NCBI GenBank assembly: GCA_964016885.1
Contig: OZ024744.1
Coordinates: 118,544,001-118,608,000 of the forward strand
Source of the DNA: Eledone cirrhosa
Taxonomy: Eukaryota
Direction: 5' to 3'
DNA length: 64,000 nt
Numbering within the stretch: position 1 is the stretch's first letter; each line of letters opens with the position of its first letter. Made by a program: the position numbers and the translations under genes. The notes under the pieces were generated by a model, which searched no databases, had not been told where the DNA came from, and saw only the letters and a program-made list of their open reading frames with translations. Shown one piece after another: positions 26,790-39,191 of the stretch.

Positions 26790-29396
26790 TATAAAAGCAT
26801 ACTACTTGATGCTTTCGACAGTAAGGAAGAGCAATTAGAGTCGTACAATATAGAGGAGCAGTGGGAATTCCTGAAAGCAAACCTGCTGATGGCAGCAGAC
26901 AAAGTCTGTGGCTGGAGCAGGCCTGTAGGCAGGAGGAGAGTAACATGGTGGTGGAACAGTAAGGTGGAGGGGTCAATTAAGGCCAAAAAGCAGGCTTGGA
27001 AAGTATGGCGGGATGGGGGAAGTAGAGAAGACTATCAAGTGGCCAGGAGGGAAGCTAGGAGACAAGTGTACTTCGCAAGAAGGGAAGCAGAGGAAAGAAA
27101 GTTCAAGCATGTTCTACAACGCGAGGACCAAAAACGTGAGGTGTTCAGGATTGCTAGGCAATGTGTCAAGGAAAACCGTGATATTGTCGAGGAGAAGTGT
27201 GTACTTAATGATGACGGCGTACTTGCCATCACCGACGCTGATAAGAAGGTAGCTTGGAAGTGTCACTATGAACGGCTACTAAATGAGGAGAATAAATGGG
27301 AGAAAGACAGTCTCCCCCACATCGACCCAATAGAGGGACCAGCAGTGTTAGTCGAGGGTAGTATAATAAGTAAGGCAATCAAGGATATGAAGACGGGTAA
27401 GGCAGCTGGGCCTTCGGAAATAGTTGCTGAGATGCTGAAGGCATCTGGCATGGTGGGACACACCATGGTCACCCGGATAGTTAACCAAGTCGTACAGAAT
27501 GGGGTTGTTCCGAAGGACTGGCGTAGCAGCATCATCATTAACTGTTATAAGGGTAAAGGAGATGCCCTAGATAGGAGTAACTATAGAGGCATTAAATTAA
27601 TCGACCAGGTCATGAAGGTCACGGAAAAAGTAATAGCGCAACTAATCAGAGAGAGAATTGACCTAGATGAAATGCAGTTCGGGTTTGTGTCAGGCAAAAG
27701 TACCACAGACGCTCTTTTCATTGTACGACAACTACAGGAGAAGTACCTAGCTAAAGGTAAACCCCTATACTTAGCTTTTGTCGACTTGGAGAAAGCCTTC
27801 GACAGAGTCCCCCGTTCCATTATCTGGTGGGCTCTTAGAAAACTAGGTGTCGACGAATGGCTTGTGAGAGCTATACAAGCCATGTATAAAGAAACAGTCA
27901 GCAAGGTTAGAATTAACAACGAATATAGTGAAGAGTTTAGCGTAAAAGTTGGCGTCCATCAGGGCTCTGTTCTCAGCCCCCTACTATTTATTATTGCCCT
28001 TCAGGCTATAACAGAGGAGTTCAAGACCGGTTGCCCATGGGAACTCCTATACGCAGACGACCTAACGCTCATAGCTGAATCAATGGCCGAGCTAGAGAAG
28101 AAATTCCAAACATGGAAGCACGGCCTAGAATCAAAAGGCCTTAAAATTAACCTGGCTAAGATCAAAGTTCTAGTTTGTAGGAAAGAAAATAAGGCGGCGG
28201 TCCCTTCCGGGAAGTGGCCATGCTTAGTGTGTAGGAAAGGCGTAGGTAGAAACTCCATTTTGTGTCAGAAATGCAAAGTATGGGTGCATAAAAGATGTAG
28301 TGGCATCACAGGTAAGCTAACTAAGAACATAGATTTCACATGTGGCCGGTGCTCTGGTGCAATAAGTAGCAGCAAGTGCCCACAAAATACTAGCTCTTTC
28401 AACTGCGCAGAGGGCTCTATAGAAATAGTGGACAGCTTCCGTTACCTGGGTGACAAAATCAGCAGTGGGGGAGGGTGCTCTGAAAGTACAGTAGCTAGAG
28501 TCAGAACTGGATGGAAAAAGTTCAGAGAGCTTATACCACTATTAGCCGCTAAAGGGTTCTCCCTAAAAATGAAAGGCAGGTTGTATGATGCCTGCATACG
28601 AACAGCAATGTTGCATGGCAGTGAGACCTGGGCATTGTGTGCAGAGGATATACGCAGACTAGAGAGGAACGAAGCTTGCATGCTCCGCTGGATGTGTAAT
28701 AGTAATATACGTGAACGGCAAAGCATAAACGAACTAAGGAAAAAGTTAGAAATAAGAGGGATCAGATGTTGTTTACTCGAGAGAAGGCTACGTTGGTATG
28801 GACACGTGATGCGCATGAAAGTCGATAGCTGTATAACAAAGTGTAGGGCAATAAAGATAGACGGTAGCCACGGAATAGGCAGACCTAGAAAAACCTGGGA
28901 CGAGCTGATAAACTCCGACCTCACACACTTACACCTCTCCAAGACAATGTCACTGGACCGAGACCTTTGGCGGTACTCAGTAATAGAGAAGACCCGCCTT
29001 ACCTAAATACATAGTAAAACCTACTACAGTCAGTAGGCATCTCTAACAAAATACACCCCCGTCCCACCACCCCCACTCCATCCACACCGCCCCCTTCTAT
29101 GTAAAGTTATGTTGGTGCCACACCATCCAGGCTGAAACAAATGAGGTCGTGTAGGTGTCACGACAAAAAAACACACAGTCCACGCTGTAATGTGGCCGTG
29201 TAGGCAACACGGTAAAAACCTCCCAGACCCACACTGTAAATGTGGTTGGTGTTAGGAAGGGCATCCAACTGTAGAAAACCTGCCAGACAGTCCTATGCGA
29301 GCAAGACAATCACTCTTGCCTCAAGTGGGAAAACCCCTGTCTAAACCCATGCAAGCGTGGAACACGGACGTTAAACGTTGATGATGATGATGATGA
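26790..29396 (+). mobile_element. 5'-truncated RTE-type LINE family A copy with uninterrupted RT ORF, 3' UTR and (TGA)n tail
   Basis: Starts inside ORF2 with no EN domain and ends GTTAAACGTTGATGATGATGATGA. Confidence 0.95.
26889..29006 (+). CDS. LINE ORF2 reverse transcriptase (705 aa open, EN missing) with internal PHD-like C4HC3 finger
   Basis: KAAGPSEI, YKGKGD..NYRGIKL, QFGF..GKSTTDA, FVDLEKAFDRVP, GVHQGSVLSP, YADD, FRYLG, HGSETW, RRLRWYGHVMR, GRPRKTW. Confidence 0.92.
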   Translation: MAADKVCGWSRPVGRRRVTWWWNSKVEGSIKAKKQAWKVWRDGGSREDYQVARREARRQVYFARREAEERKFKHVLQREDQKREVFRIARQCVKENRDIVEEKCVLNDDGVLAITDADKKVAWKCHYERLLNEENKWEKDSLPHIDPIEGPAVLVEGSIISKAIKDMKTGKAAGPSEIVAEMLKASGMVGHTMVTRIVNQVVQNGVVPKDWRSSIIINCYKGKGDALDRSNYRGIKLIDQVMKVTEKVIAQLIRERIDLDEMQFGFVSGKSTTDALFIVRQLQEKYLAKGKPLYLAFVDLEKAFDRVPRSIIWWALRKLGVDEWLVRAIQAMYKETVSKVRINNEYSEEFSVKVGVHQGSVLSPLLFIIALQAITEEFKTGCPWELLYADDLTLIAESMAELEKKFQTWKHGLESKGLKINLAKIKVLVCRKENKAAVPSGKWPCLVCRKGVGRNSILCQKCKVWVHKRCSGITGKLTKNIDFTCGRCSGAISSSKCPQNTSSFNCAEGSIEIVDSFRYLGDKISSGGGCSESTVARVRTGWKKFRELIPLLAAKGFSLKMKGRLYDACIRTAMLHGSETWALCAEDIRRLERNEACMLRWMCNSNIRERQSINELRKKLEIRGIRCCLLERRLRWYGHVMRMKVDSCITKCRAIKIDGSHGIGRPRKTWDELINSDLTHLHLSKTMSLDRDLWRYSVIEKTRLT

Positions 29397-29683
29397 AACC
29401 AAATACATATTCCACAGAATATTATATATATCTTTTTCATTTTGTTTATTATGGTTATAGATAATGTTGTCTTTGTCCACCCCTTTCCCCTGCCTCTCTT
29501 CCCAGGTGTGTTGTCCACCCCTTTCACCTGCCTCTCCTCCCAGGTGTGTGTGCTAACTGCTTCTCTGTTTTTTTCTTTTCTCTTTCTTTTCCTTTCTGTC
29601 CCCTTCCTTCTCCTTTATATTATATTTTGCGTTTTTGTTCTGTAAGCTTTGTATTATTATATTATATTATTATATTATTAGGT

Positions 29684-30082
29684 AGGTGGTGAATGGCAGT
29701 ATCGGTAGAGGGTCGGACGCCATGCTTTGACACATAGAGTTACGGCCCTTGCCATTCTGAGTTCAAATCCTGGCAAATCCTGAGGTTAACTTTGCCTTTC
29801 ATCCTTACGAGGTCGATAAAATAAAGTACCAGTAATGCACTGGGATAATTGCTGGCCTTGTGTCTATAGTAGAAACAATTATATTATTAGGGCGGTGGAT
29901 TGGCAGTATCGGTAGAGGGTCGGACACCTTGCTTTGCAGCAAAGAGTTACGGCCCTTTATGGTCTGAGTTCAAATCCCGAGGAGGTTAACTTTGCCTTTC
30001 ATCCTCACAGGGTCAATAAAATAAAGTACCAGTAATGTACTGGGATAATTGCTGGCCTTGTGCCAAAAGTAGAAACAATTAT
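29684..30082 (+). mobile_element. Two tandem Nin/Deu-domain-like SINEs (29684-29881, 29890-30082)
   Basis: Same consensus as the 23233-23425 copy. Confidence 0.85.
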
Positions 30083-30224
30083 ATTTCTTTTTATACAACA
30101 TTGAATAAAAGATAAAATCTATTGAACTTGCTTATTAAGAAACACAAAATTCTAGCATATTAGATATGTTTTGATTCATTATATATATATTGTACCAAAA
30201 GTAGAAACAATTATATATATATAA

Positions 30225-32549
30225 TCATCATCATCGTTTAACATCCATCTTCCACACTAGCATGGGTTAAACAGTTTTGTTCCATTTGATGCGGGAATGG
30301 TCGTGAGACCATGTCCTGCTCTCACAGAAGTGTCTCTGGCAGGTTTTTTACAGTTGGATACCCTTCCTAACACCAACCACATATACAGTGTGGACTGGGA
30401 GCCTTTTTATCGTGTCTTCTACACAGCCACCTTACAGTGTGGACTGTTGTATCATCGACACAGTGGATGGAACGGGAGAGGGAGGGTGGTGTAGGTGTGT
30501 GGGATGGGGTGTACATCGAGTTAAGAGGTGCCTACTGACTGTAGGTTTGTATGCAATGGCAGTCGGGTCTTCTGTACAACTGCATGGTACCAAAGGTCTC
30601 GATCCAGTGTCATTGTCTTAGAGAGGTGTAGGTGAGCAAGGTCAGTTTTTATCACCTCGTCTCAGGTTTTTCTTGGTCTACCCACTCCGTAGCTTCCATC
30701 AATTTTCATTGCTCTGCACTTTTTTATACAGCTGTCGTCCTTCATACGCATCACCTGTCCATACCAATGCAATCTCCTCTCCAGAACACAACATTTGACA
30801 CCTCTTATGCTTAGTGTGCACATTACTATTACACATCCATCAGAGCATGCAAGCTTCATTTCTTTCTAATCTACGCAAGTCTTCACCATACAATGCCCAT
30901 GTCTCACTGCCATGTAACATTGCTGTTCGTATGCACGCATCATACAATCTCCCTTTCATTTTTAGAGAAAAACCCCTTTTGGCCAACAGCAATATTAGCT
31001 CTCTGAACTTTTTCCATCTCATTCTAACTCTGGCTACTACATATTCAGAGCACCCTCCTCCACTGCTGATTTTGTCACCCAGGTAACGGAAGGTGTCTAC
31101 TATTTCTATAGAACCATCTGGGCAGTTGAAGGAGATAGCATCCAGTGGGTCCTTGTTACTTACTGCACCTGAGCATCGGCCACATATAAAGTTTACATTC
31201 TTAGATAGCTTGCCTGTGATCCCACTACATCTTTTATGTACCCATAGTTTGCATTTGGGACATAGAATGAAATTTCTACCTACTCCTTTCTTACACACTG
31301 AGTATGGCCATTTCCCAGAGGGTACCAGTGCCCTATTCTCCTTTTTACATACTAGAACCTTAGTCTTAGACAAGTTGACTCTAAGGCCTTTTGATTCTAG
31401 GCCATGCTTCCAGGTTTGGAATTTCTTCTCTAGTTCAGCCATTGATTCAGCTATGAGAGTTAGATCATCTGCATATAGAAGTTCCCATGGTCAGCCAGTC
31501 TTAAACCCTTCTGTAGGACAATAATAAACAGGAGGGGGCTAAGGACGGAGCCCTGGTGAATCCCTACTATTATGCTAAATTCATCACTATATTCATTGAT
31601 AATTCTAACCTTGTTGACTGTTCCTCTATACATGGCTTGTATAGCTATCACAAGCCATTCTTTCACTCCTAGTTTTCTAAGAGCCCACCAGATTAAGGTG
31701 CGTGGGTCAAAGGCCTTCTCCAGGTCAACAAACCCAAACTACATTTCATCTAGATCAATTCAGTCTCTAATCAGTTGAGTAATAACTCTTTCTGTGACCT
31801 TCATGACTTTGTCAACTAATTTAATATCCCTATAGTTTCCTCTATCCAGAGTGTCTCCTTTGCCCTTGTAACAGTTGATGATGCTGCTGCTATGCCAGTC
31901 TTTCGGTATGACCCCATTCTGTATTACTTAGTTTACTTTCCAGGTGACCATAGTATGTCTAAGCATTCCAGATACCTTCAACATTTCAGCAACTATCCCT
32001 GAAGGCCCAGCTACATTGCCTGTCTTCATATCTTTGATTGCCTTACTTATTATACTACCTTTAACTTGCACAGCTGGTCCTTCTGTTTGGATCGATGTGG
32101 AGCAGACTATCTTTATTCCATTCGTTCTCCTATTCAGTAGTCTCTCGTAGTGACACTTCCAAGCTACCTTTTTATCAGCGTCAGTGAGGGAAAGTACACC
32201 ATCATCATTATGGACACACTTCTCCCCGACAATATCACAGTTCTCCTTGACACATTGCCTCGCAATCCTGAACATCTCACGTCTTTGGTCCTCCTGTTGT
32301 AGAATATGCTTGAACTTACTATCCTCTGCTTCCCTCTTTGCAAAATATACTTGTCTAGCTTCTCTCCTAGCTACCTGATAGAGTTCTCTACTACCCCTAT
32401 CCTGCCATTCTTTCCAAGCCTGCTTTTTGCCCTTGATGGACTCTTCCACCTTACTGTTTCACCACCATGTCACTCTCCTCCTGCCTATAGGTCTGCTCCA
32501 GCCACAGATTTCATCAGTTGCTTTCAACAGGTTAACTTTCAGAAATTCA
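30225..32549 (-). mobile_element. Degenerate 5'-truncated RTE-type LINE family A copy
   Basis: ORF pieces 30840-31442, 31460-31666 and 31928-32449 are homologous to the 705-aa ORF. (GAT)n tail at 30225. Confidence 0.93.
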
Positions 32550-32955
32550 TAGTAAAGCAAACTCCGGGGGTGGGTGCGAAAAGTACGAGGGTCCCCCCTT
32601 TTCTTTCCACTCTGTTTTCCTGGCGAAAAGGTTCTTTGTGCCACATTAGGAGGAAAGTTAAATTAATATCATGTTTTAAAAGCTAGGAAAAACTATTATT
32701 TCACACTGAAATTAATGCCGGTGTTCTATAAATTTACTGTATGTAGTTTTTGTTGTTGAAAATATATCCACTTTTGTCTCAACACTTTTAAATTTGGACA
32801 ACTTTATCCCAGTGGCCTCCATATAGTTGAATAGGGTTAAAAGTAGATAGTGATGTATATATATATATAGTAATAATAATAAATTTGAAGACTAAAATCC
32901 AAAGAGGGCTCGATAAGGATAAATATATATCAAATATATAAGAACCGTAGAGTAA

Positions 32956-33276
32956 ATATTTATTAAAATAACAGATTAAAGTTTAAGCAAAGAATCGCTG
33001 CTTTCACTCTTAACGGGATCTTCTGAAACTAACAAAGTCAATCTATGAACGCAGAAGTGAATATTTCAAAAAACGTTGCAACCAGAGGAAGACAGGAAGA
33101 CGATACTTTGGTACCACGAACCAAAGTATCGTCTTCCTGTCTTCCTCTGGTTGCAACGTTTTTTGAAATATTCACTTCTGCATTCATAGATTGACTTTGT
33201 TAGTTTCAGAAGATCCCGTTAAGAGTGAAAGCAGCGATTCTTTGCTTAAACTTTAATCTGTTATTTTAATAAATAT
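32956..33276. repeat. Near-perfect palindrome, ~157-bp arms, 7-nt spacer
   Basis: 32956-33112 versus 33120-33276, with one C/T mismatch seen. A single arm copy is present at ~40745-40858. Confidence 0.9.
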
Positions 33277-33283
33277 ATATATA

Positions 33284-33660
33284 TCATTATCATCATCACC
33301 GTTTTACGTCCGTTCTTCCACGCTTTTATGGGTTAGACAGGTTGTCCTGTGTGGGCAGTGTCCGGTCGGCTGACCTTGTCTTGTTCATATGGGAACTGAT
33401 TCTGGCTTGATTTCTACAGCTGGATGCCCTTCCTAACACCAACCTCATTTACAGTGAGTGCTCAGTGCTTTTTTTCTGTGGTACCTACACGTCCACTTTA
33501 CAGTGGAATGCTAGGGATCCCAATCCTATCATCTCATTTCTACAGCTGAGTAAACTAGAGCAATGTGAAATAAAGTGTCTTGCTCAAGGAAACAACACAT
33601 CACCCGGTCTGAGAATTGAACTCACAGCCTTTCGATTGCAAGCCCAATGCCCTGCGCCTT
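33284..33660 (-). mobile_element. RTE family A 3' UTR fragment (33284-33510) adjacent to a tRNA-SINE fragment (33535-33660)
   Basis: TCATCATCACCGTTTTACGTCC.. matches the family A tail in reverse. TGTCTTGCTCAAGGAAACAACACATCACCCGGTC is the reverse complement of the 20785-20820 SINE segment. Confidence 0.8.
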
Positions 33661-33661
33661 C

Positions 33662-33692
<31 letters not shown>

Positions 33693-34450
33693 TTAAACAA
33701 GGTTCAATGAATACATCAAAGAATGAGTTTTACAATAGATTGGAAGCACTCAACAGAAAAAGGTTTTCCAGAATTAATATTAATTCAAAATATTAACAAA
33801 ATAGATATTCTTGTGATCAAGTATATTTTATTATACATATTTCAGAGGTACTGAGTTAAGTTCAACAGTACATCCTCATCAGATAAAATAAGATGATGCA
33901 TGACATACCCTGACATAGTAGATGGTTAAGATTCAGTCATGGTAGTGATTAACATGACAAAACTCAATATTTATACCCTAATATTGAGAACATGAGAAAC
34001 ATATATAATACAAACAATAGAGAGTGTGCGTGTAATACTGCTTTAAAAAAATACATGGCATCAATATAACAGTTAAACATTTTTTTTAAACTACTGAAGA
34101 AAGAGGAAAGAAAGGAAAGCATAGAGGAAGAGAAAGGAAAGCATAGAGGAAGAAACAGCTGATGTGATAATATATTTAGTAGGTAGCTCGAAAAACAAAT
34201 GAAAGATGATTAAAGAGAGAGGGAGACAAAGGAGAGTAATTTATGTTCAAGTTTATAGACAATTATCCATATATGCAATATATATCCAAATTTATTTAGT
34301 TGGCCGTTAATATTCAAAATATTTAATTTAAGTTATTTCAGAGTAATGAGTAATATTTTAGGTTTTAAAAGTTAATAGGTATTTGTATTAATATTTCGTT
34401 TCTGAATTTGTTTAGCAAGATTCTTTATCTGAAATCGTGTGTTGAAACCG

Positions 34451-34950
34451 ATATTGTTATACTTTGGGAGGGTCATGTTGCCAATAAGAAACACACGCAC
34501 CAGTTGCTTTCACTTCAATTTATTATATATTTATAAATTTATAAATTTACAAATCTACAAACTTATAAATTTCTGGTTGGTTGGTTGGTTTTACAACCAG
34601 ATAGTTGTTTATATATAGTCATAGTCCTTTCGTCACACACTCTGTGACCTCTTCAAACTGAGCACACAACACACACACAGAAACAAAATGGCGTAGGACA
34701 GAAGAAAGGAAAGGCACAGAAACAAAGAAAGGAATCCCCAGTCACTGAAGAGGTCACAGAGTGTGTGACGAAAGGACTATGACTATATATAAACAACTAT
34801 CTGGTTGTGGAACCAACCAACCAACCAGAAATTTATAAGTTTGTAGATTTGTAAATTTATAAATTTATAAATATATAATAAATTGAAGTGAAAGCAACTG
34901 GTGCGTGTGTTTCTTATTGGCAACATGACCCTCCCAAAGTATAACAATAT
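34451..34950. repeat. Inverted repeat, ~205-bp arms, ~90-bp spacer, with hammerhead-like motif at 34740-34784
   Basis: 34451-34655 versus 34746-34950 (about 2 mismatches). Motif AGTCA CTGAAGA GGTCAC..GTGAC GAAA GGAC TA TGACT. Confidence 0.85.
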
Positions 34951-35964
34951 GTATTAATATTATAATTATACTATCAAGTTTAATTTCTAAAATTCTAATT
35001 TTATGAAAACAAATTTAAAGGATTTACGAAACACGAGAAAGAAAATATATAATGCTTTTATACCCTCACGAAGGTAATCTTTACCAAAATTATGTATAAT
35101 ATTGACATCAGTTTATATAATATAATTTATAAAATAATTATAGTTATAATTATTAAAGAATTTATGGTTAAATAGTTTGAGTGCCTAAAGGATCAACTGG
35201 CCTTATAACTAAACTTAAAGAAGTCTGAATTTTTAATTATATATATGTATTAATCAAAAAATGTACAAGGATTATAATGTCTAAAGACTTAAGGTGATAC
35301 CTTTCAAATATATATAATATAATACAATAATACAATATAGTAAATATGTTACTGAAAATATTGTTAAAAAATATATAGTTAAAATATATTGTTAAAAAAT
35401 TAATGTTTTATATCAATTATTTTCATTTAGTTGATATATACTATAAACATATAAGTCAAAACTACATGAGTCCTAATGATAGGGGCTAGATACAAAATAA
35501 ATATAAAAATAAAAAAAATAAAAAATAAATAAATAAAAAATAAATAAAAATAATGAATTGTTTGCGAAATTTAAAAATGCCCAATATTAAAAATATATTA
35601 TAAATGTAATAGGGTTTTAATATATAGTAGACAAAAGATACGTCTAAAATATTTTAGCGAATGTGATAGAAAGAGGAGCTAAATATTTGAAAAAGCCGAA
35701 GTTAATCTAAATTTAATTAAAATAAATAAAATTAAATTAAATTATATTATATTAAGTAAAAATCATTATATAAATTCGAACTTCCAGGGAATATCAAACA
35801 CTTATAACAATATAGAGTCATTTGAGTATCTAAATTATTTATAAATGTAGCTACGAGTATGTTATTACACTAGATAAACATATTTGTACAACTATATAGA
35901 GATATTATTATAGGTATTAATGAAACGGTATACATTTAATTAATAAATAATTATAATCATTATT

Positions 35965-36151
35965 AGGTGGATTGGCAGTATCAGTAGAGAGTCGGACGCC
36001 ATGCTTTCCAGCATAGTTACGGCCATTTACGATCTGAGTTCAAATCCCGCCGAGGTTGACTTTGTCTTTCATCCTTACGGGGTCGATAAAATAAAGTACC
36101 AGTAATGCACTAGGTAATTGCTGGCCTTGTGCCTAAAGTAGAAACAATTAT
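35965..36151 (+). mobile_element. Nin/Deu-domain-like SINE
   Basis: Full-length match to the window SINE consensus. Confidence 0.85.
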
Positions 36152-36984
36152 TAGTAATGTTATAATTGTAGTTTTACCTCCAGTTCAGTGGAGAGAGAGA
36201 CCAATATTTGTCGACTAGTATGGTTTGTTATATTTATACCTAGATATATATATAAAAAATAAATAAATGCAAATCTAACTTTCTGAGTCCCCAAAACATA
36301 CTCAAAATGAGTAAAATATGCAAACGCATGAATGGTTTACAGTTCAATTATAATCGGTAAATTTACAAGTTAAATATTTAAAACAGAGACAGATAAATAA
36401 AGATCTGAATCAAAATTATAAATATCTAAAAAAAACCTAAGGTATGCATATTTATCAAGTAAACAAGTTATCAAAAGAGTATCCTTCATTCTAACATTAA
36501 TTCTATCATAAATGATTAGAAGATAAAGCATTATTAAAGTTTTATAAACAGTTATGACTTTTTAAGCCCAACAGTTGATAAGAGACGTCAAAAATTAAGG
36601 CCTGCTTGTTTAGTGTTTTTTCCTGACTTTTTGCAAGGCTTGGAATGTAGACAAAGCTTTATGAAGGCAGTTTGAGAATAATTCACTTTTTTTGTTAATT
36701 AAGTTTTCATAATTAGTAATTATTAATAGGGTCTCCTTTGTGCAGAGGTTGCAGTTAGTTGATATAGACGAGTTTGTATATATTTTACTATTACAAAGCT
36801 TCGTCCAAAAGATTGAGTATTTTAAATTTTTGTCTTTTAATGACCATATAAGTTGTGATAAAAAAGTCGAAAATTTCCTATTAAAATTCGAAAATGAGCA
36901 TTTGTGATTCAAAAAAAAAAAAAAATAGAATATATAGACAATAATGTGCTACTGGTAACATGTAACCCAGTACAACCTGTCGCA

Positions 36985-37510
36985 TGGTCGGGTCGTCGGC
37001 GACTAAACCGGCAACCCCATCAAGTTTACTTGGTGAGGAGGGTGATTTTGGACACTCTGCAGGACAAAAAACAAAACCTGACAAAAGCACGGAAGAACTA
37101 AGAGTCAACGACCATCCAAAAATGTGAAAATATGTATATATGTATATATGTATGTGCATGTGTATGTATATGCGTGGGGACCTAGAAATAATCAAGCTGG
37201 ATACTTGATTGCACAGTTAAACCACTGGGAGTGAAGGACCCCTAACCTTTGTCAAGGTAACTCAGCAACTGGGATAACTCTGACATAAAACTTGCGGCTC
37301 AGTAGTTACCGATGATGTTGATCTTTTCTTCTTTTCAAGTTATAGCTACTGTCACTCAGAGAGTGGGATTGGCTCAGTGCACAGTCTTTCCTCACTTTAA
37401 AAAATATCTTCACGCACAGGCATTGCACGATAGAATTAATTAATAATTATTAATAATGGTATATCGTGCAATGGCCATACTCGATAACGAGGGGGCAGCC
37501 ATCATATAGG
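36985..37510 (+). mobile_element. Internally deleted non-autonomous derivative of RTE family B (5' leader joined to 3' terminus)
   Basis: 37170-37440 matches 48697-48990, just upstream of the family B ORF. 37466-37505 GTGCAATGGCCATACTCGATAACGAGGGGGCAGCCATCAT matches the family B 3' end at 52733-52773. Confidence 0.75.
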
Positions 37511-37744
37511 TATGTATGTTCTTCTGGTTTTATAATTTCACAAATCTTTACCAATAGAGAGAGAGTTGGTTTCTAACATAGTTACAAGACTCTCTCATTG
37601 GAATTTACACATCAACTAAGTAGATATGTATCTCTGCATGCATGTGTGTGCGGGTATGGATGTTATTGTATGTGTGGATGTGTATGTTTTGAGTTATATG
37701 TGTGCATGTGTATATGCTTTGTATCTGTACATGTGTATATGCAG

Positions 37745-38470
37745 TTATTAGATGCAACATTTTTGGAATATTTTACATATTTTTACAAGATTTGTATTGA
37801 GGCAGTTACTAACATACCCCAGTGCCACAATAATCACAGGTATAAATATGAAGGTGTAATCAGGGTGGAGTATCTGCAGATTTCTCATTAGTTCTCCATA
37901 AATATTCTCCTTTTCACAAATCTTTGATATTATATTGGCATCTGCTGGGCAGCTAACTTCCATTACTGTGCATGCTTTCTTTTCCCTGTCCCATATCATA
38001 ATATCTGGTCTGTTATGCCTGCATTTTATTGGGGTTTTTACTGGAACATTCCACCAGTACTCTTTCATATTATGTATGTGTATGTCTTCAACATTGTTGT
38101 AGCTTGTAATGTGTTTATTATCGGGGCTATCTTTTCTACGGATTCCATAGTACAATGTTTTGGCCACTACATCATACCTCATAGGTAGATAGTACCGCGA
38201 TGACATCTTTGGACAGCTGGTTATGACATTAAGTACTTTTTTTTCATCTACCTTCTTCAGGTATCGGCGTTTCTCGCTGACAGCTCTCAATTCTTGTTTG
38301 AGGGTGATCAGCTTATATTGAAGAGTTCTGGTTCTACTGTTACCAAACATAGTTTCTATTTTGCTTTTCACTCTTTGTTGGTGAGAAGTGAAGTTTTTTG
38401 TGTTTGTTTGCATGTAAGGATCATTGTCACATATCCTATGGTTTTTCGTAGGTCAGCAATCTTTTTTCTA
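37745..38470 (-). mobile_element. Fragment of a restriction-like-endonuclease LINE (R4/Dong-like), apparently internally deleted
   Basis: ITSCP..RYDVVAKTLY (zinc-knuckle remnant), WWNVPVKT, HNRPDIMIWD, MEVSCPAD, KICEKENIY and IPVII.ALG form a PD-(D/E)xK RLE signature. Confidence 0.8.
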
Positions 38471-38979
38471 TTTTAGTTATATACTAGCAGAATGGCCCGG
38501 CGTTGGTCGGGATTCTAAACATAGATTGGCATATTTATCCCTCCTTTTTGAAACAGTTTCGTCGTGTGTTCACCACTTGATGCAGAAGTCCTAATAAAAA
38601 GTGAAGTCACCTTGGGTGAATAGGCAAATAAGTTTCCATTTAAGATTTTTTAAAAGCATGTAATTGCGTTCCCCCTCTTTTTTGTTGTTGTTTTTGCTGC
38701 TGTTGGTGTGATAGCAGCCCTTGGTCGTACTACTAACACAGTCTCGTCCTTCTTCAGCCAACCGTGTATAACCCCTTCTGCCTCGTCAGCAATGAGAACA
38801 ATATTTGCTCTAGGGTTCTTATATATTTGATATATATTTATCCTTATTAAGCCTCGTGAAATAAATACGTTTGTTTACATTTGGTTATTGCGTATGCAAA
38901 AATATCTGTACATGAATATATAATTATTTATATATATATATAGTAAGAATATTTTCGAAACAGCGAGCGGGTTTGAAAT

Positions 38980-39191
38980 TATTAGAAATGTAAGCTATCG
39001 ACGTATTTTGACTAAAGAAATTAAAGAAAATATTTAGCCTGATAGTGGGGTTAAGAACCCTCGGAGAAAGGAAAAAGATGAGTATGTACGTCAATACTCA
39101 TCTTTTTCCATTTCTCCGAGGGTTCTTAACCCCACTATCAGGCTAAATAATTTCTTTAATTTCTTTAGTCAAAATACGGCTATAGCTTACA

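Larger units (their letters stand above)
33688..36905 (-). mobile_element. Penelope-like element remnant: GIY-YIG C-terminal fragment (36610-36905), AT-rich 3' region and pLTR with hammerhead motif (33824-33890)
   Basis: STFLSQLIWSLKDKN..CNLCTKE..LINKKSELFSNCLH is homologous to 45835-46416. Continuity of the whole span as one element is inferred. Confidence 0.55.

Noticed and set aside
25686-26794. Series of 72-aa ORFs
   Set aside because: Artefacts of the 100-bp tandem repeat.
26889-29006. Autonomous active LINE or domesticated gene
   Set aside because: The ORF is open, but the copy is 5'-truncated (no endonuclease or promoter); best read as a recent dead-on-arrival insertion.
39038-39072. 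Hammerhead motif in the 38980-39200 palindrome
   Set aside because: The core reads CTGATAG rather than CTGANGA and stems I and III cannot be formed convincingly.
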